A DNA stretch of 47,464 bases from a virus (Duplodnaviria; Caudoviricetes). The stretch covers positions 1-47,464 of the IMG/VR virus record IMGVR_UViG_3300044538_000006. The stretch is one strand, 5' to 3'. Below, piece by piece: positions 17,480-27,701 of this stretch (within the stretch, counting starts at the first letter, position 1; every line of letters begins with the position of its first letter). A program made the position numbers and the translations under genes. Below the pieces are notes generated by a model. The model had not been told where the DNA came from. It saw only the letters and a list, made by a program, of their open reading frames with translations, and did not search any database.

Positions 17480-17925
17480 AAGCCGACATCAAAGTTGATA
17501 CATCTCGTTTGGACAAGGCACTTCGTCAGGCGAGGCTTACTCAGAGAGATATGATTGACATTGCTGGAAATGGTTCCAAGGTGATCATCAATGAGCAGCG
17601 AAGACTTGTTCCTGTCGACACTGCAGAAACGAAGGTAAGCATTGGAGATCACATCGTGGAAGCCTCGAAAACGAGAGTCGTTGATGATGTTGGCCCTGAA
17701 ACAGATTACGCAACTTGGCTCGAATATGGAACTGGTGAATTTGCTGAAGGTGGTAACGGACGACGTGGCGGATGGTTCTACGTTGATGAGAATGGTGGCC
17801 ACTTTACAAGAGGTATGCATCCTCGTCCATTCGTTAGACCTTCTATTCTTGAGAATGCCGTGAATATCACCAAGGCAATCTCAGCAGGTTTTGTAAGTAT
17901 ATTGAGGCAGAGATGGCCGACTTAG
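17476..17925 (+). CDS. HK97 gp10-like tail completion protein
   Basis: VPVDT..., YATWLEYGTG, GMHPRPFVRP. Confidence 0.85.
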   Translation: MKADIKVDTSRLDKALRQARLTQRDMIDIAGNGSKVIINEQRRLVPVDTAETKVSIGDHIVEASKTRVVDDVGPETDYATWLEYGTGEFAEGGNGRRGGWFYVDENGGHFTRGMHPRPFVRPSILENAVNITKAISAGFVSILRQRWPT

Positions 17926-18314
17926 CTACAGACTTCAGATCATTCGTGATCACTCCTGGTGGCCCAATCAGAGCATTGATTGGAGAAAAGTTCTTCTGGA
18001 ACAGGTCGAATGATGGGGCCTCTTACCCGTATGTTAGAGCGACCACCGTTACCGATCCTTCAATTCACTACCAGAACAAAAAGAAAGGTAGCAGATTAGG
18101 AAGAGCGACCATCCAGATGGACATCTTTGATGACAATGAGCCGAGGTTGGTGAACGTGGTAAACACCATGATTGACAATCTCGATGGTTATCGAGGATCA
18201 CTTGGAGAATTCAGAGTCGTCATCCTAGTCAAAAATGTTCCCAATTCGTTTGACGAAATTCAAAAGGCGTACAGACGAATATTGGAAGTGGAGGTTTCGT
18301 ATGCTCGATCGTAA
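17913..18314 (+). CDS. Tail terminator protein (DUF3168-like)
   Basis: YPYV, IQMDIF, LDGYRG; synteny. Confidence 0.7.
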   Translation: MADLATDFRSFVITPGGPIRALIGEKFFWNRSNDGASYPYVRATTVTDPSIHYQNKKKGSRLGRATIQMDIFDDNEPRLVNVVNTMIDNLDGYRGSLGEFRVVILVKNVPNSFDEIQKAYRRILEVEVSYARS

Positions 18315-18582
18315 GAAGAAAATCAGAGAAGAATTGCCGCTTCCTGAAGATGTTGAGAAGATTGAAGTTACCACTCATCAGGATAAGCAGCCAGTCTTCA
18401 TTGATGGCCCAATGAAAAAGCCCTATACAAAGGCTTTATGGAAGAATGACACCTACACATATGTGTGCAATGAGTGTCAGGTAAACTATAGTGATGAAGA
18501 TGACATGATTATGCACGTCATCAAACATTATCCTCTCGCTGATCAGTCAAGCGTTATGGATAAACTAATAAAGGAGAAATAA
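18301..18582 (+). CDS. C2H2 zinc-finger-like protein
   Basis: GGAGG RBS before ATG 18301; YVCNEC-x12-HVIKH. Confidence 0.6.
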   Translation: MLDRKKKIREELPLPEDVEKIEVTTHQDKQPVFIDGPMKKPYTKALWKNDTYTYVCNECQVNYSDEDDMIMHVIKHYPLADQSSVMDKLIKEK

Positions 18583-18583
18583 G

Positions 18584-18946
18584 ATGGCACAGACATTGTT
18601 GACTGTAAAGGATGTTTCACAGCCATTTGCTGCAATCGCGGCTCTTGCGGCGAACTTCGTATGGACAGCTGGCGATGCGGTGAATGGCAACTCATTCCTT
18701 TGCACTGGTAGAGAACTCTTGATCGCCCACAACACTGGGGCTGGAGCTCGTACGATCACAATCTCTGGCGTTGCTGACGCATTTGGTCGTTCGGTTGATA
18801 TTGGCCCTTATTCGATTGGTGCCGGGCTTTACTCAGTCTTTCCGCAAGGATTGACTATGAGTAAGGGATGGATGCAGACCAATCGGCAAATCTACATTGC
18901 AGTCGAACACGCTGAAGTTGAGCTCTGTGTTCTCAGACTGCCATAA
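18584..18946 (+). CDS. Putative tail-associated structural protein
   Basis: GNSF..GRELL..HNTG...TITI; immediately precedes the tail tube gene. Confidence 0.55.
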   Translation: MAQTLLTVKDVSQPFAAIAALAANFVWTAGDAVNGNSFLCTGRELLIAHNTGAGARTITISGVADAFGRSVDIGPYSIGAGLYSVFPQGLTMSKGWMQTNRQIYIAVEHAEVELCVLRLP

Positions 18947-18955
18947 GGAGTAACA

Positions 18956-19387
18956 ATGAGTGACGCTTTTTGGGTTTATGGTTCAAAACTTCAGCTCGGT
19001 AACGGTGCAACCCCCACAGAGGTATTCGCTGATGTGGCTGAAGTAATGGATATCACACCTCCTCCGATGGAGCGAGACGATATCGAAGTCACCAACCAGC
19101 AGAGTGTTGATGGCTGGCGTGAATATATTCCTGGGTGGCGCGATGGTGGCGAAGTTGAATTCAACTGCAACTGGCTTCCTACGAATGCGACCCAAGATGA
19201 AGTCACCGGCATGCTGGAGACGTTCAATGACAATGACCTCCATAACTGGCGCATTGTCCTTCCCGACGCGATCAAGACAATCTCATTCGCAGGTTTCATT
19301 ACGGCGTTTGAGCCTGACCTTCCTCTCGAAGAGCAGGGACAGTTGTCGATCACAATCAAGGTCAGTGGCAAAGTCACTGTAGCCTAA
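18956..19387 (+). CDS. Major tail tube protein (siphovirus)
   Basis: DDIEVT..WREYIPGWRDGGEV...WRIVLPD...SFAGFIT...KVSGK. Confidence 0.9.
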   Translation: MSDAFWVYGSKLQLGNGATPTEVFADVAEVMDITPPPMERDDIEVTNQQSVDGWREYIPGWRDGGEVEFNCNWLPTNATQDEVTGMLETFNDNDLHNWRIVLPDAIKTISFAGFITAFEPDLPLEEQGQLSITIKVSGKVTVA

Positions 19388-19408
19388 TCAAATCTAAAGG
19401 AGTAAGAA

Positions 19409-19843
19409 ATGACTTCAAGTTTTCTAACCCGTGATGAGATCTTTGGTCTCGAAGATATCACAACCAAGGAACTCACAATTCCTTCAAACATCCCTGCTTG
19501 GGGTGGTCGTAGCCTTCTCATTCGCCAGCTGACACGCGGCCAGCAAGATGAATATCTGCGTCGTCAATTTGGCAGCATGAAGATGCGTCAGGACACTCGT
19601 GCAAAACAGCAGGAGCTTTCTTCAGCAAACATTTATGGGCACGATGCCTGGCTGTTTGCTCGAGGAGTGGTAAATCATGATGGGAAACCGATGTTCACTG
19701 ATGCTGATATTGCCAAGCTCAATGAGAAAAGTGGTGAAGCGATCGGTTGGGTTGCTGGCCAAATCGTCGAATTCTCTGGCATGCGTCAGGAAGTTGATGA
19801 GGCAAAGGCCATTGAACAGGCGGAGACGGAAGTAAAAAACTAA
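19409..19843 (+). CDS. Tail assembly chaperone (gpG-like)
   Basis: FLTRDEI..IPAWGG..IRQLT; ends in KN over a slippery site. Confidence 0.85.
   Translation: MTSSFLTRDEIFGLEDITTKELTIPSNIPAWGGRSLLIRQLTRGQQDEYLRRQFGSMKMRQDTRAKQQELSSANIYGHDAWLFARGVVNHDGKPMFTDADIAKLNEKSGEAIGWVAGQIVEFSGMRQEVDEAKAIEQAETEVKN
19834..19840 (+). promoter_or_regulatory. -1 programmed ribosomal frameshift site
   Basis: A AAA AAC heptamer; the -1 frame reads CTA ATG GCA into the next ORF. Confidence 0.8.
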
Positions 19844-20247
19844 TGGCAGACCCAGAAGCAATGTTCGATATGCGACTGGGTCTTGCTTTTGGTGATATGA
19901 GCCTCATGCGCGTAAAGGCACTTCCTTATCCTCTTTACAAAAGATGGATGACGTTTTATGCACTTGAGCCATGGGGCTTTCAGGATCGAGAATTTCAGTT
20001 TGCCGCACTAAGAGCTGAAGTTCATAATACAAAGGTCACAAAGCGAGCACAGCTGAAGAGTGCAAAACACTTCATGCGTGATATGCCCAAGGAAGTAATC
20101 AAGTATCTCAATAAGAAACTTGATCGCATCAAAATGGAAAGTGAGATTGATCTTAGTACGCCAGAAGGTCGAGCTCAGGCAACCGCAAGAGTCGTTCAGG
20201 CATTCACATCAATCTTCGGCAAACGCATTGTGAGAAAAGACGAGTAG
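19843..20247 (+). CDS. Tail assembly chaperone extension (gpT-like)
   Basis: WMTFYALEPWG motif; lies between the chaperone and tape measure genes. Confidence 0.8.
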   Translation: MADPEAMFDMRLGLAFGDMSLMRVKALPYPLYKRWMTFYALEPWGFQDREFQFAALRAEVHNTKVTKRAQLKSAKHFMRDMPKEVIKYLNKKLDRIKMESEIDLSTPEGRAQATARVVQAFTSIFGKRIVRKDE

Positions 20248-20248
20248 A

Positions 20249-22057
20249 ATGGCAACTGCTGCAACAATCGCCGCAAGACTTATTTTAGACCAATCTGATT
20301 ATGATGCTGGTCTAACGTCTGCTGGCAAGAAGGCAAAAACCTTTCAGCAACAGATGAAAGACGTCGGCTCGTCAATGACTCGAGTCGGTGGCATCATGAC
20401 TGCAGCGGTCACGATCCCTGTCGTAGCTGGCTTCAATTCAATGGCCAATGCGGCATCGGATCTTACTGAGTCTGCGAATGCTGTAAATGTGGTATTTGAA
20501 GATGCAGCTGGCGTCATCCATGAGTTTGGGAAAACAGCAGCAACTGAAGTTGGCTTGGCCGAGTCCGAGTTCAATCAGCTTGCTGCTGTAACTGGCGCCT
20601 TCCTTACGAATCTCGGATACGATCAGGCCGCCGCCGCGGATGAGACTTTGAAGTTGACGAACAGAGCGGCTGATATGGCATCCATTTTCAATACGGATGT
20701 TTCGCAGGCACTTGAAGCAATTCAATCTGGTTTGAAGGGTGAGTTCAATCCTCTTGAACAGTTCGGTGTAAAGATGAACGCGGCTGATATTCAGGCTCGT
20801 GCAATGGCAATGGGTCTTGCTGATGCAAACGGTGAACTTGATAACAACGCAAAGGCAATGGCCGCATTGGCAATCTTCTATGAGCAGACCGATAAGCTCG
20901 CTGGAGATTTCAAAAACACATCTGACGGATTGGCAAACTCATCCCGTATCATGAAAGCAGAAATGGCAAATCTTTCTGCTGAGCTTGGCACTTTGCTGCT
21001 TCCATATTTCAAAGAAGGAGTAAAACTTCTTCGCGTTCTGATTGGCTTCTTTAGCAGCTTACCAGCTCCAGTTCAGAAAGTTATCCTTGGTGTTCTCCTA
21101 CTCGCAGCTGTTCTAGGTCCAATTATCTTGATCATTGGATCTGTCATTGGCGCGATTGGAAGCATCATGACAGTTCTTCCTGCTCTTGGCACTGCATTTG
21201 CAGCAATTGGAGCAGCAATCACTGGAACTTTGCTCCCCGCAATTGGCGCCGTCATCACTGCACTCGCTCCTGTGCTTATCCCAATTCTGCTGATCATTGC
21301 AGTCCTTGCTCTGTTGTACCTCGCATGGAAGAATAATTGGTTTGGCATTCGAGACATCACAGCTCAAGTATGGGAGAAGCTGAAAGCTGCATTTGCATCT
21401 GGTGTAGAGTTCGTTAAGAAGGTTTGGGAGAGCCTTCAGCCGGCAATTCAATTCGTGTTGAAGTATATCACCACAATTGTGAAGGCATGGCAAGCTCTAT
21501 TTAGAGGAGACTTCTATGAATTTGGTCGTCTTCTTCGCCAAGCCTGGGATATGCTGTGGAACCTGATGATCACCATTCTGAAGAACGCGTGGGTGACAAT
21601 CAAGAACGTGGCAAAGTCGATTGTCGATGGCATTCTCGCCGTGTTCAAAATTGATTGGAGTCAGGTTGGCAAGAACATTGTTCAGGGTATCATCAACGGC
21701 ATCGACAAACTGAGAGGTTGGGCCGTTGACAAGATGCGAAGCATGGCGAGAGGAATGGCTGACGCCTTCAACGGCTTCTTCGGTATTCGATCACCTGCTA
21801 CATGGTCTGAGGAAAGAGCTGAGTACATTAGAAAAGGCTTTGAACGAGAATGGAACTCATCTCCAATCACAATGACGCCTACTCCCGTTCTTTCAAGTAT
21901 GCCTACGCCAGGAACATCTTCTGTTGGTGGAGGCCAGATGATGAGTAGTAACGCAGAGATCATCACACTGCTTCGTCAGCTCGTTTCACAGGGTTCGCTA
22001 GACATCAATCAGCTCACTCGATCGTTGAGAGATGCGATTTTGATCGCGAAGGATTAG
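20249..22057 (+). CDS. Tape measure protein
   Basis: 602 aa, Ala-rich helical; GEFNPLEQFGV, hydrophobic central block, Trp-periodic repeats, GIRSP. Confidence 0.92.
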   Translation: MATAATIAARLILDQSDYDAGLTSAGKKAKTFQQQMKDVGSSMTRVGGIMTAAVTIPVVAGFNSMANAASDLTESANAVNVVFEDAAGVIHEFGKTAATEVGLAESEFNQLAAVTGAFLTNLGYDQAAAADETLKLTNRAADMASIFNTDVSQALEAIQSGLKGEFNPLEQFGVKMNAADIQARAMAMGLADANGELDNNAKAMAALAIFYEQTDKLAGDFKNTSDGLANSSRIMKAEMANLSAELGTLLLPYFKEGVKLLRVLIGFFSSLPAPVQKVILGVLLLAAVLGPIILIIGSVIGAIGSIMTVLPALGTAFAAIGAAITGTLLPAIGAVITALAPVLIPILLIIAVLALLYLAWKNNWFGIRDITAQVWEKLKAAFASGVEFVKKVWESLQPAIQFVLKYITTIVKAWQALFRGDFYEFGRLLRQAWDMLWNLMITILKNAWVTIKNVAKSIVDGILAVFKIDWSQVGKNIVQGIINGIDKLRGWAVDKMRSMARGMADAFNGFFGIRSPATWSEERAEYIRKGFEREWNSSPITMTPTPVLSSMPTPGTSSVGGGQMMSSNAEIITLLRQLVSQGSLDINQLTRSLRDAILIAKD

Positions 22058-22059
22058 AC

Positions 22060-24369
22060 ATGGTAGATCGTGTATTTCACTTAGACTTTAGAAAGCTATA
22101 TGTGCAGGTTGCCTCAGGTTCATGGGTTGACATCAGTGAATATGTTCTTACAACTCCACCAATCCATGCAACCTGGGGCTTTACAGATGATAATCCACTC
22201 ACTTCTAGAGTAGCCTCGACAGGTCAGATGACAATCACATTGAGGAATGAAGATGGATTATTTACGCCTGATGGCCCAAATAAGCTTGAAGGATGGCAAA
22301 AAGGTAACAGGGTTCTTCTTGAAGTTTCGTTTGGTGGCAATCCATATGCTCGCTTTAGTGGGCTTATCCAGGATATTCCATATGACTCTGTCAGATTTGG
22401 GTCATCCATCCCAGTAACAGTTGTAGATTGGATGGACCAAACCTCAAAAGCACCTGCAGATCTGATCAGGACAGAAACAAACAAGCTTGCGAGTGACTCT
22501 CTTCGATCTGTGATCAATGGGATGCCAATTAAGCCTCTTGACCAAACGATTGATAATGGCCTCACAATTCTTCCATTCCCATTTAGTGCCAGCGTTCTCA
22601 AAACGAAGGCCCTTACTGAAATTTCTAGGTTGACAAATTCTGAAGCTGGCATGTCATATGTTTTGAAAGATCCTTTTCAAGGCGAAACGTTTCGATTTGA
22701 GAATTCTCAGGCTCGTCACGGCCATAGGCCACTCACGAAAATTCCAGCGCCAGAGAGTGTAAGCTTCTTGTTGAAGGCTGGAACAACTGATAAGATTTTG
22801 AAAGCAGGTTCTGCAACTGACAGAATTCTTTTGTCGGCAAACGAAGGCGCATCACTTGAGAATATTTTTGGTGAAGGTGGTGTAGAAGTAAAAAAGGAGT
22901 CACGAGTTCTGAATAGTGTTGAAGTCACTGCGCATCCAAGTAGAAGGGATACCTTCACTCAAGTAATGTTTGCGCTTCAACAGCCCATTCCAATTGCGGC
23001 TGGAGAGATAATCAAAATCAAAGGAAACTTCGTTAGTCCGACAAGTGGCGCTCAGGCTGGCGGTCTTGGCATGCTCTCTCTGGTCGCAACCACGGACTAT
23101 CGCGCATTCGTGAACAGCAATGCAACAGGAACTGAGTTTACGGCGAGTATCGTTGTTGATGAAATTTATGGAGGTGGGGGCTTCTCTCACACGGTCATCA
23201 ACAATAGTGCACTTTCAGGATACATTACACTGTTCAACGTAAGAGGCCTTGGCGTTTATTTCGAGACAAGTGTTTCTTCGCCCTATGAAGACGAACCTTC
23301 TCAGCATAAATTTGGCGAAATTAGTTCGTCTCTTGAGATGAAGTATCAACTTGACACAAACTGGGGTGAGCCTATAGCGAAGTCTGTTCTTGAAATTCAT
23401 AAGGACGGAGAGTCAGACGTCAAGAGAGTTTCGTTCTGCGCAAATCTTAGCTACGCGTCAATGTATGCATTCCTGATCCTTGATATTGGCTCACTCATTC
23501 ATGTCCAGAGTGATCTAGCAAATGTTGATGATTGGTTCTTTATCAACAAAGTTACGTTTGATATCTCTGTTGGTGATTTCATTTATGTGACCTATGATGT
23601 CGTGAAACATTGGTCATACAATTCACCAAACGGATTTGAGCCACTTTCTGTTGAATTCAGAAGTACGCTAAATGTTCTCGATAAGGTAAACTTCGGTTAT
23701 CTACCATACGTCAATGCATCAGCCGCTCCAATCTTCGCATGGTCATGCTGGATTTACATGCATCAGGTTCCAGCTGCTGGAGATAATTTCACAATTGCCG
23801 CACAGCATTCGGCATCAGGTAGACTTTTTTGGGTCAACTCTGCAGATGGCGTAAACTTTCAAGTTAGATTTAGGAACGGATTATTTGGGACAACTGGTGG
23901 TCAATGGCAAACTCCTAATAATCCATTCACTATCAACAACTGGGTTCACGTTCTTGTTGGATACAATGTGTCATCTATTGCAAACGATCCTGTTATATAT
24001 ATCAATAACACATTGCAAGTACTCACCGAGTCATCTACTCCAGCAGGAACAATTCTTACCGATGTAGGAGTTCCTCTTATTATTGGTGGCCGTAGCGATG
24101 CCAATCAACCATTTCACGGAGAGATCAAGGACTTCAGAGTGTATAACAGAATACCAATATCTGCAGAGGTAACCACCTTATTCAATGGCGGAACTCCGAG
24201 TAACGCTGGCCTCGTAACTGACGGTCTTCTGTTCCAAGCCTTTGCAATCAAAAAGCGTCGTCTTGCTGAGTATGAAAATGTTCTACTCACCAGCGATCTT
24301 AAACTATTTGACAATATGTTAAGAACTGTAGGAACACCGAGTGGTGAGCCTATGGGAAGGAGCTTCTAA
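22060..24369 (+). CDS. Tail tip/hub protein with C-terminal LamG-like domain
   Basis: WVDISEYV..LRNEDGLFTP N-terminus; WSCWIY, NNWVHV, IYIN, FHGEIKDFRVYNR LamG signature. Confidence 0.75.
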   Translation: MVDRVFHLDFRKLYVQVASGSWVDISEYVLTTPPIHATWGFTDDNPLTSRVASTGQMTITLRNEDGLFTPDGPNKLEGWQKGNRVLLEVSFGGNPYARFSGLIQDIPYDSVRFGSSIPVTVVDWMDQTSKAPADLIRTETNKLASDSLRSVINGMPIKPLDQTIDNGLTILPFPFSASVLKTKALTEISRLTNSEAGMSYVLKDPFQGETFRFENSQARHGHRPLTKIPAPESVSFLLKAGTTDKILKAGSATDRILLSANEGASLENIFGEGGVEVKKESRVLNSVEVTAHPSRRDTFTQVMFALQQPIPIAAGEIIKIKGNFVSPTSGAQAGGLGMLSLVATTDYRAFVNSNATGTEFTASIVVDEIYGGGGFSHTVINNSALSGYITLFNVRGLGVYFETSVSSPYEDEPSQHKFGEISSSLEMKYQLDTNWGEPIAKSVLEIHKDGESDVKRVSFCANLSYASMYAFLILDIGSLIHVQSDLANVDDWFFINKVTFDISVGDFIYVTYDVVKHWSYNSPNGFEPLSVEFRSTLNVLDKVNFGYLPYVNASAAPIFAWSCWIYMHQVPAAGDNFTIAAQHSASGRLFWVNSADGVNFQVRFRNGLFGTTGGQWQTPNNPFTINNWVHVLVGYNVSSIANDPVIYINNTLQVLTESSTPAGTILTDVGVPLIIGGRSDANQPFHGEIKDFRVYNRIPISAEVTTLFNGGTPSNAGLVTDGLLFQAFAIKKRRLAEYENVLLTSDLKLFDNMLRTVGTPSGEPMGRSF

Positions 24370-25331
24370 TGCCTGATACTCAGGAACAACTTCTAACATT
24401 TCTCACTGAGGTATCTCAGGAAGATTATGTTAGATTCGTCAAGGATCCGACTACTTCACCTGATAGCAGCAATATGCCATTTCATGAAGTGATCGCGCGC
24501 ATCGTTACTCCATATAAGCTAAACGTCTCAATCACTGGTGGTAACTTGACAGTTGAGATTGTCCATGCGAGTGATGGTGCCTCAATCAGCGCAGCTCGAC
24601 CAATGGTGTTCAAGATTGGTGACACGTTTCGACTCGCTACGTCGGCACTATCAACAACGAAAAATGCTGGTACAAACTGGTGTAACGCTGGTGGAGCAGA
24701 AACGGCCACACTAGATGTCGACTTCTTCGTCTATGTTCTATATGAAACTGGAGCATCAGCAGGGGTAAAGATGTTCTTTTCAAGATACATTGGCAATGGC
24801 ACAATGGGCGTTCATACCAACACGATCACAAATCAGAAATATCCTGCTGGGAATTGGACAAATCACAATGCGACTGATCGTGTAGAAAACGTTGGTCGGT
24901 TCAGGGCAGTTCTTTCTGCTGGAGCTGGCTTTACATGGTCATTCAACTCTCAGTTTGTCATCCACAGCCCAGTTCATGAGTCAGACTGGCTTTCATTCAA
25001 CCCTGTTGTTACCGCGTCATCTGGCACAATCACAACAGTTACGCTTGGGACGAGTAATGTGTATAGAGTTTCAAAAGGACTGCTGCATGCTCAGATGAGA
25101 TTTATCGTAACGAATAACGGAACTGGAGCAGGACTTTTGCGTACTACTCTTCCATTCTCAGCAATCAGTCTGGGCTTTGTTGGAAACGCAGTCAACATGA
25201 CGAGTGGCAACCAAGGTAACGGTCGTATTCTTGGCGGAAGTATTACGATGGACTGGGCACTTTATAATGGTACGTATCCAGTCGCAAGCACACACGAAAT
25301 TAGATTATCAATTAGTGGTTTATGGATCTAA
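24369..25331 (+). CDS. Tail fibre/receptor-binding protein (putative)
   Basis: Beta-rich; WLSFNPVVT..YRV...TLPF C-terminal head pattern; last tail gene. Confidence 0.65.
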   Translation: MPDTQEQLLTFLTEVSQEDYVRFVKDPTTSPDSSNMPFHEVIARIVTPYKLNVSITGGNLTVEIVHASDGASISAARPMVFKIGDTFRLATSALSTTKNAGTNWCNAGGAETATLDVDFFVYVLYETGASAGVKMFFSRYIGNGTMGVHTNTITNQKYPAGNWTNHNATDRVENVGRFRAVLSAGAGFTWSFNSQFVIHSPVHESDWLSFNPVVTASSGTITTVTLGTSNVYRVSKGLLHAQMRFIVTNNGTGAGLLRTTLPFSAISLGFVGNAVNMTSGNQGNGRILGGSITMDWALYNGTYPVASTHEIRLSISGLWI

Positions 25332-25341
25332 GGAGACTAAC

Positions 25342-26463
25342 ATGTTAGGAAGAGAGAAACAATATGTACCACCACAATTCACGCTCAACAGGTTTATCAG
25401 TGAACTCTTCGTCACAGAAGTCGGTGTCAGTGGACTTCAACGAATTACAGCTGTCCAAGGGAGAATGCTTCGCTTCCCAGATGTTTCATACTACCAGGGA
25501 GAAATTGACTTTGATAAAATGGCTGAGGGGACAGACGCAGTCATCATTAGAGCTGGACAGGGAGCTTGGGTTGATACCCAATTCAAACGTAATTTTGCTG
25601 AAGCAGAAAGGAGAGGTCTCAAACGAGGCATCTACTGGTTTAGCGATGATCGTAAATCACCTTCAGACCACTTCAAGGTTATTAAGGAATTGCTCGATGA
25701 AGTGGGCCTTCCTGAGATGGAGATTTGGATTGATTGGGAGAACACATATGGTGGTCAGTTCGGTGGGCTCAAAAACGTTGTCGCACTTATGGAACTCATT
25801 GAGAAGGAGTATCCGACTGCGATAGTTGGTATGTATACTGGGTATTATTGGTTTGTAGATCATAGCAACCCAATAAGCAACTTCTCACATTACGCCTATC
25901 TCAAGAAGAGGCCGCTCTGGCTTGCTTGGTATACTAATTACATTGCAAGCGTGAAGATCCCAGCGCCATGGGTAGTATCAGACTGGAGGCATTGGCAATT
26001 TGGGACTCCGAGCATAGGCCCTGAGTTCGGCGTAAAGAGTATTGAGATTGACATGAATTTGTTTGTCGACTCAAACCAAACGTGGGAAGAACTTTATGAG
26101 TATGAAGGAGTAGTCATGCTAGTGAATAAAGAAGGTAAAGCAAGTGCTGATGGGATAAAAGTATGGGCCTCAATCAATCCGCAAGGTCCTCGCGTTTATC
26201 CTGACGTCAAGAATGGCGACAACGTAAAGGTCGATCAGACAAGTGGCGAATACGTCCACCTTGTTTACCCAGTTGTTGGCTGGTCGAGAGGCATCTGGTT
26301 CTCTCTCAAGGATGTCATCCCAACCGATCCTACAGATCCCACTGATCCTACAGATCCGACTGATCCTACGAACCCCCCAGTTAAGAAGGTTGTAAGGATC
26401 ATCATCGAAAACCCTGAGAAGGTGACCCTCATCTACGACGACAATACGGAAGAGAGCTTCTAA
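25342..26463 (+). CDS. Endolysin: GH25 muramidase plus C-terminal putative binding domain
   Basis: DVSYYQG, IIRAGQG, GIYWF, WIDWE (DxE), GMYTG, LWLAWY, WQF, DMN; AAGGAG RBS at 25342. Confidence 0.9.
   Translation: MLGREKQYVPPQFTLNRFISELFVTEVGVSGLQRITAVQGRMLRFPDVSYYQGEIDFDKMAEGTDAVIIRAGQGAWVDTQFKRNFAEAERRGLKRGIYWFSDDRKSPSDHFKVIKELLDEVGLPEMEIWIDWENTYGGQFGGLKNVVALMELIEKEYPTAIVGMYTGYYWFVDHSNPISNFSHYAYLKKRPLWLAWYTNYIASVKIPAPWVVSDWRHWQFGTPSIGPEFGVKSIEIDMNLFVDSNQTWEELYEYEGVVMLVNKEGKASADGIKVWASINPQGPRVYPDVKNGDNVKVDQTSGEYVHLVYPVVGWSRGIWFSLKDVIPTDPTDPTDPTDPTDPTNPPVKKVVRIIIENPEKVTLIYDDNTEESF
26321..26379 (+). repeat. 9-bp tandem repeat encoding (PTD)5-PTN-PP linker
   Basis: CCNACNGAT units with synonymous variation. 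Confidence 0.9.
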
Positions 26464-27221
26464 TGGAAGTCCAGATTGTTTATCGTGCTTCAACCAATCT
26501 TCAGCTTTATCAGTGTCTCGAAGACGAGAACAATCCGTGGTGGAAATTCAAGGTTCGAGACTGTGCATACCCAGCAAATAGCAGTGGTCATGGCTGTCCA
26601 GCCGTCTTCATGATCATTGACGATGCTGACACGAAGTTTACCGATCAGTGGCAGTTCTACCTGATCGCGATCAATGAGGGTATGAGACTCAACAACATCA
26701 GTGCTTTGATGGGTCCAACAAAAGCTCTCATGAATAAAACTGGAGTAGGCAACGGCAAACGAAACGTCGTCATGGATGAAGACTTGAATGGCGAATTTCC
26801 CAAGCTTGACAAGCTCAGGACGTTTGCACTCAATTCGCACGCAGGCTACGATGATGGAACATATGTCTATTTGACAACGATGAATGGTGAAAACCCGCCA
26901 GAGATGAAGATCGATCCAGCGACTGGCAAACCCTTCCCCCAGCCGCGGACAAAAAGTGAGATCGTTAGGTCGCATTACAAGTATCTTCCCGAGACACATA
27001 GACATTTGTTCCTCGATTGCAGCAACGTAAGAGTAAAACCAGGAGGTGTAATCAGCTATGGGCCATTTGATAACGGTCTGAGACTTCCGTGGACTGGTGA
27101 TAATGAGATGCATCAATTCTTCCCATTCACTAGCAGAAAAGCAGAAGTCAAATCTCCACTAAGGTACTGGAGAAAAATCCCCAAAGGTTCGCCCTTCCCG
27201 TCTCCATTTAGAAGGGCATGA
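26463..27221 (+). CDS. Hypothetical protein in lysis module
   Basis: 252 aa, TAATG-coupled to the endolysin; no family recognised. Confidence 0.7.
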   Translation: MEVQIVYRASTNLQLYQCLEDENNPWWKFKVRDCAYPANSSGHGCPAVFMIIDDADTKFTDQWQFYLIAINEGMRLNNISALMGPTKALMNKTGVGNGKRNVVMDEDLNGEFPKLDKLRTFALNSHAGYDDGTYVYLTTMNGENPPEMKIDPATGKPFPQPRTKSEIVRSHYKYLPETHRHLFLDCSNVRVKPGGVISYGPFDNGLRLPWTGDNEMHQFFPFTSRKAEVKSPLRYWRKIPKGSPFPSPFRRA

Positions 27222-27688
27222 GTTTGATCATGACACAGGAACAGGTAAATCTCATCTTAGGTGTTCTAACATTATTGGTGCCAACCGCTACTTTTGTCAT
27301 TCGTGACTGGTGGCGGAAACGAAAGAACACGATTACGTACGGTGATAACCTCCTCGAGGCGATGAATAAGACAACAGAGTCGTTGAAGCAGGCTCGATCC
27401 GAGATCTCGGCCATGGACGTGGCACTTCGACAGATGGATAAAACCCATGAAGAGGAAATTACCGATCTTCAACATCAGCACAAACGAGAACGAGAAAGAT
27501 TGCGAGGCAGAATTCAGGCCCTTGAGAAGGTACTCGTTCGCTACGACATCAGCTTCACGTTGACCACCCATCCAGATGTCAAGGTTGAAAATCTCAGGGT
27601 AGTTGGCAAGGACACGATGCTTACCGACACGGACAAAATGAAGGCCGTTACTCAGGAACAGATTGAGCAGAATGAAAAACTTAAGTAG
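27218..27688 (+). CDS. Single-TM coiled-coil protein (holin/lysis accessory candidate)
   Basis: N-terminal TM, WWRKRK, then coiled coil; last gene of the late operon. Confidence 0.55.
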   Translation: MSLIMTQEQVNLILGVLTLLVPTATFVIRDWWRKRKNTITYGDNLLEAMNKTTESLKQARSEISAMDVALRQMDKTHEEEITDLQHQHKRERERLRGRIQALEKVLVRYDISFTLTTHPDVKVENLRVVGKDTMLTDTDKMKAVTQEQIEQNEKLK

Positions 27689-27701
27689 TGCCACGGCCTC
27701 A

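Noticed and set aside
24369-25331. Diversity-generating retroelement target
   Set aside because: No reverse transcriptase gene and no template/variable repeat pair seen
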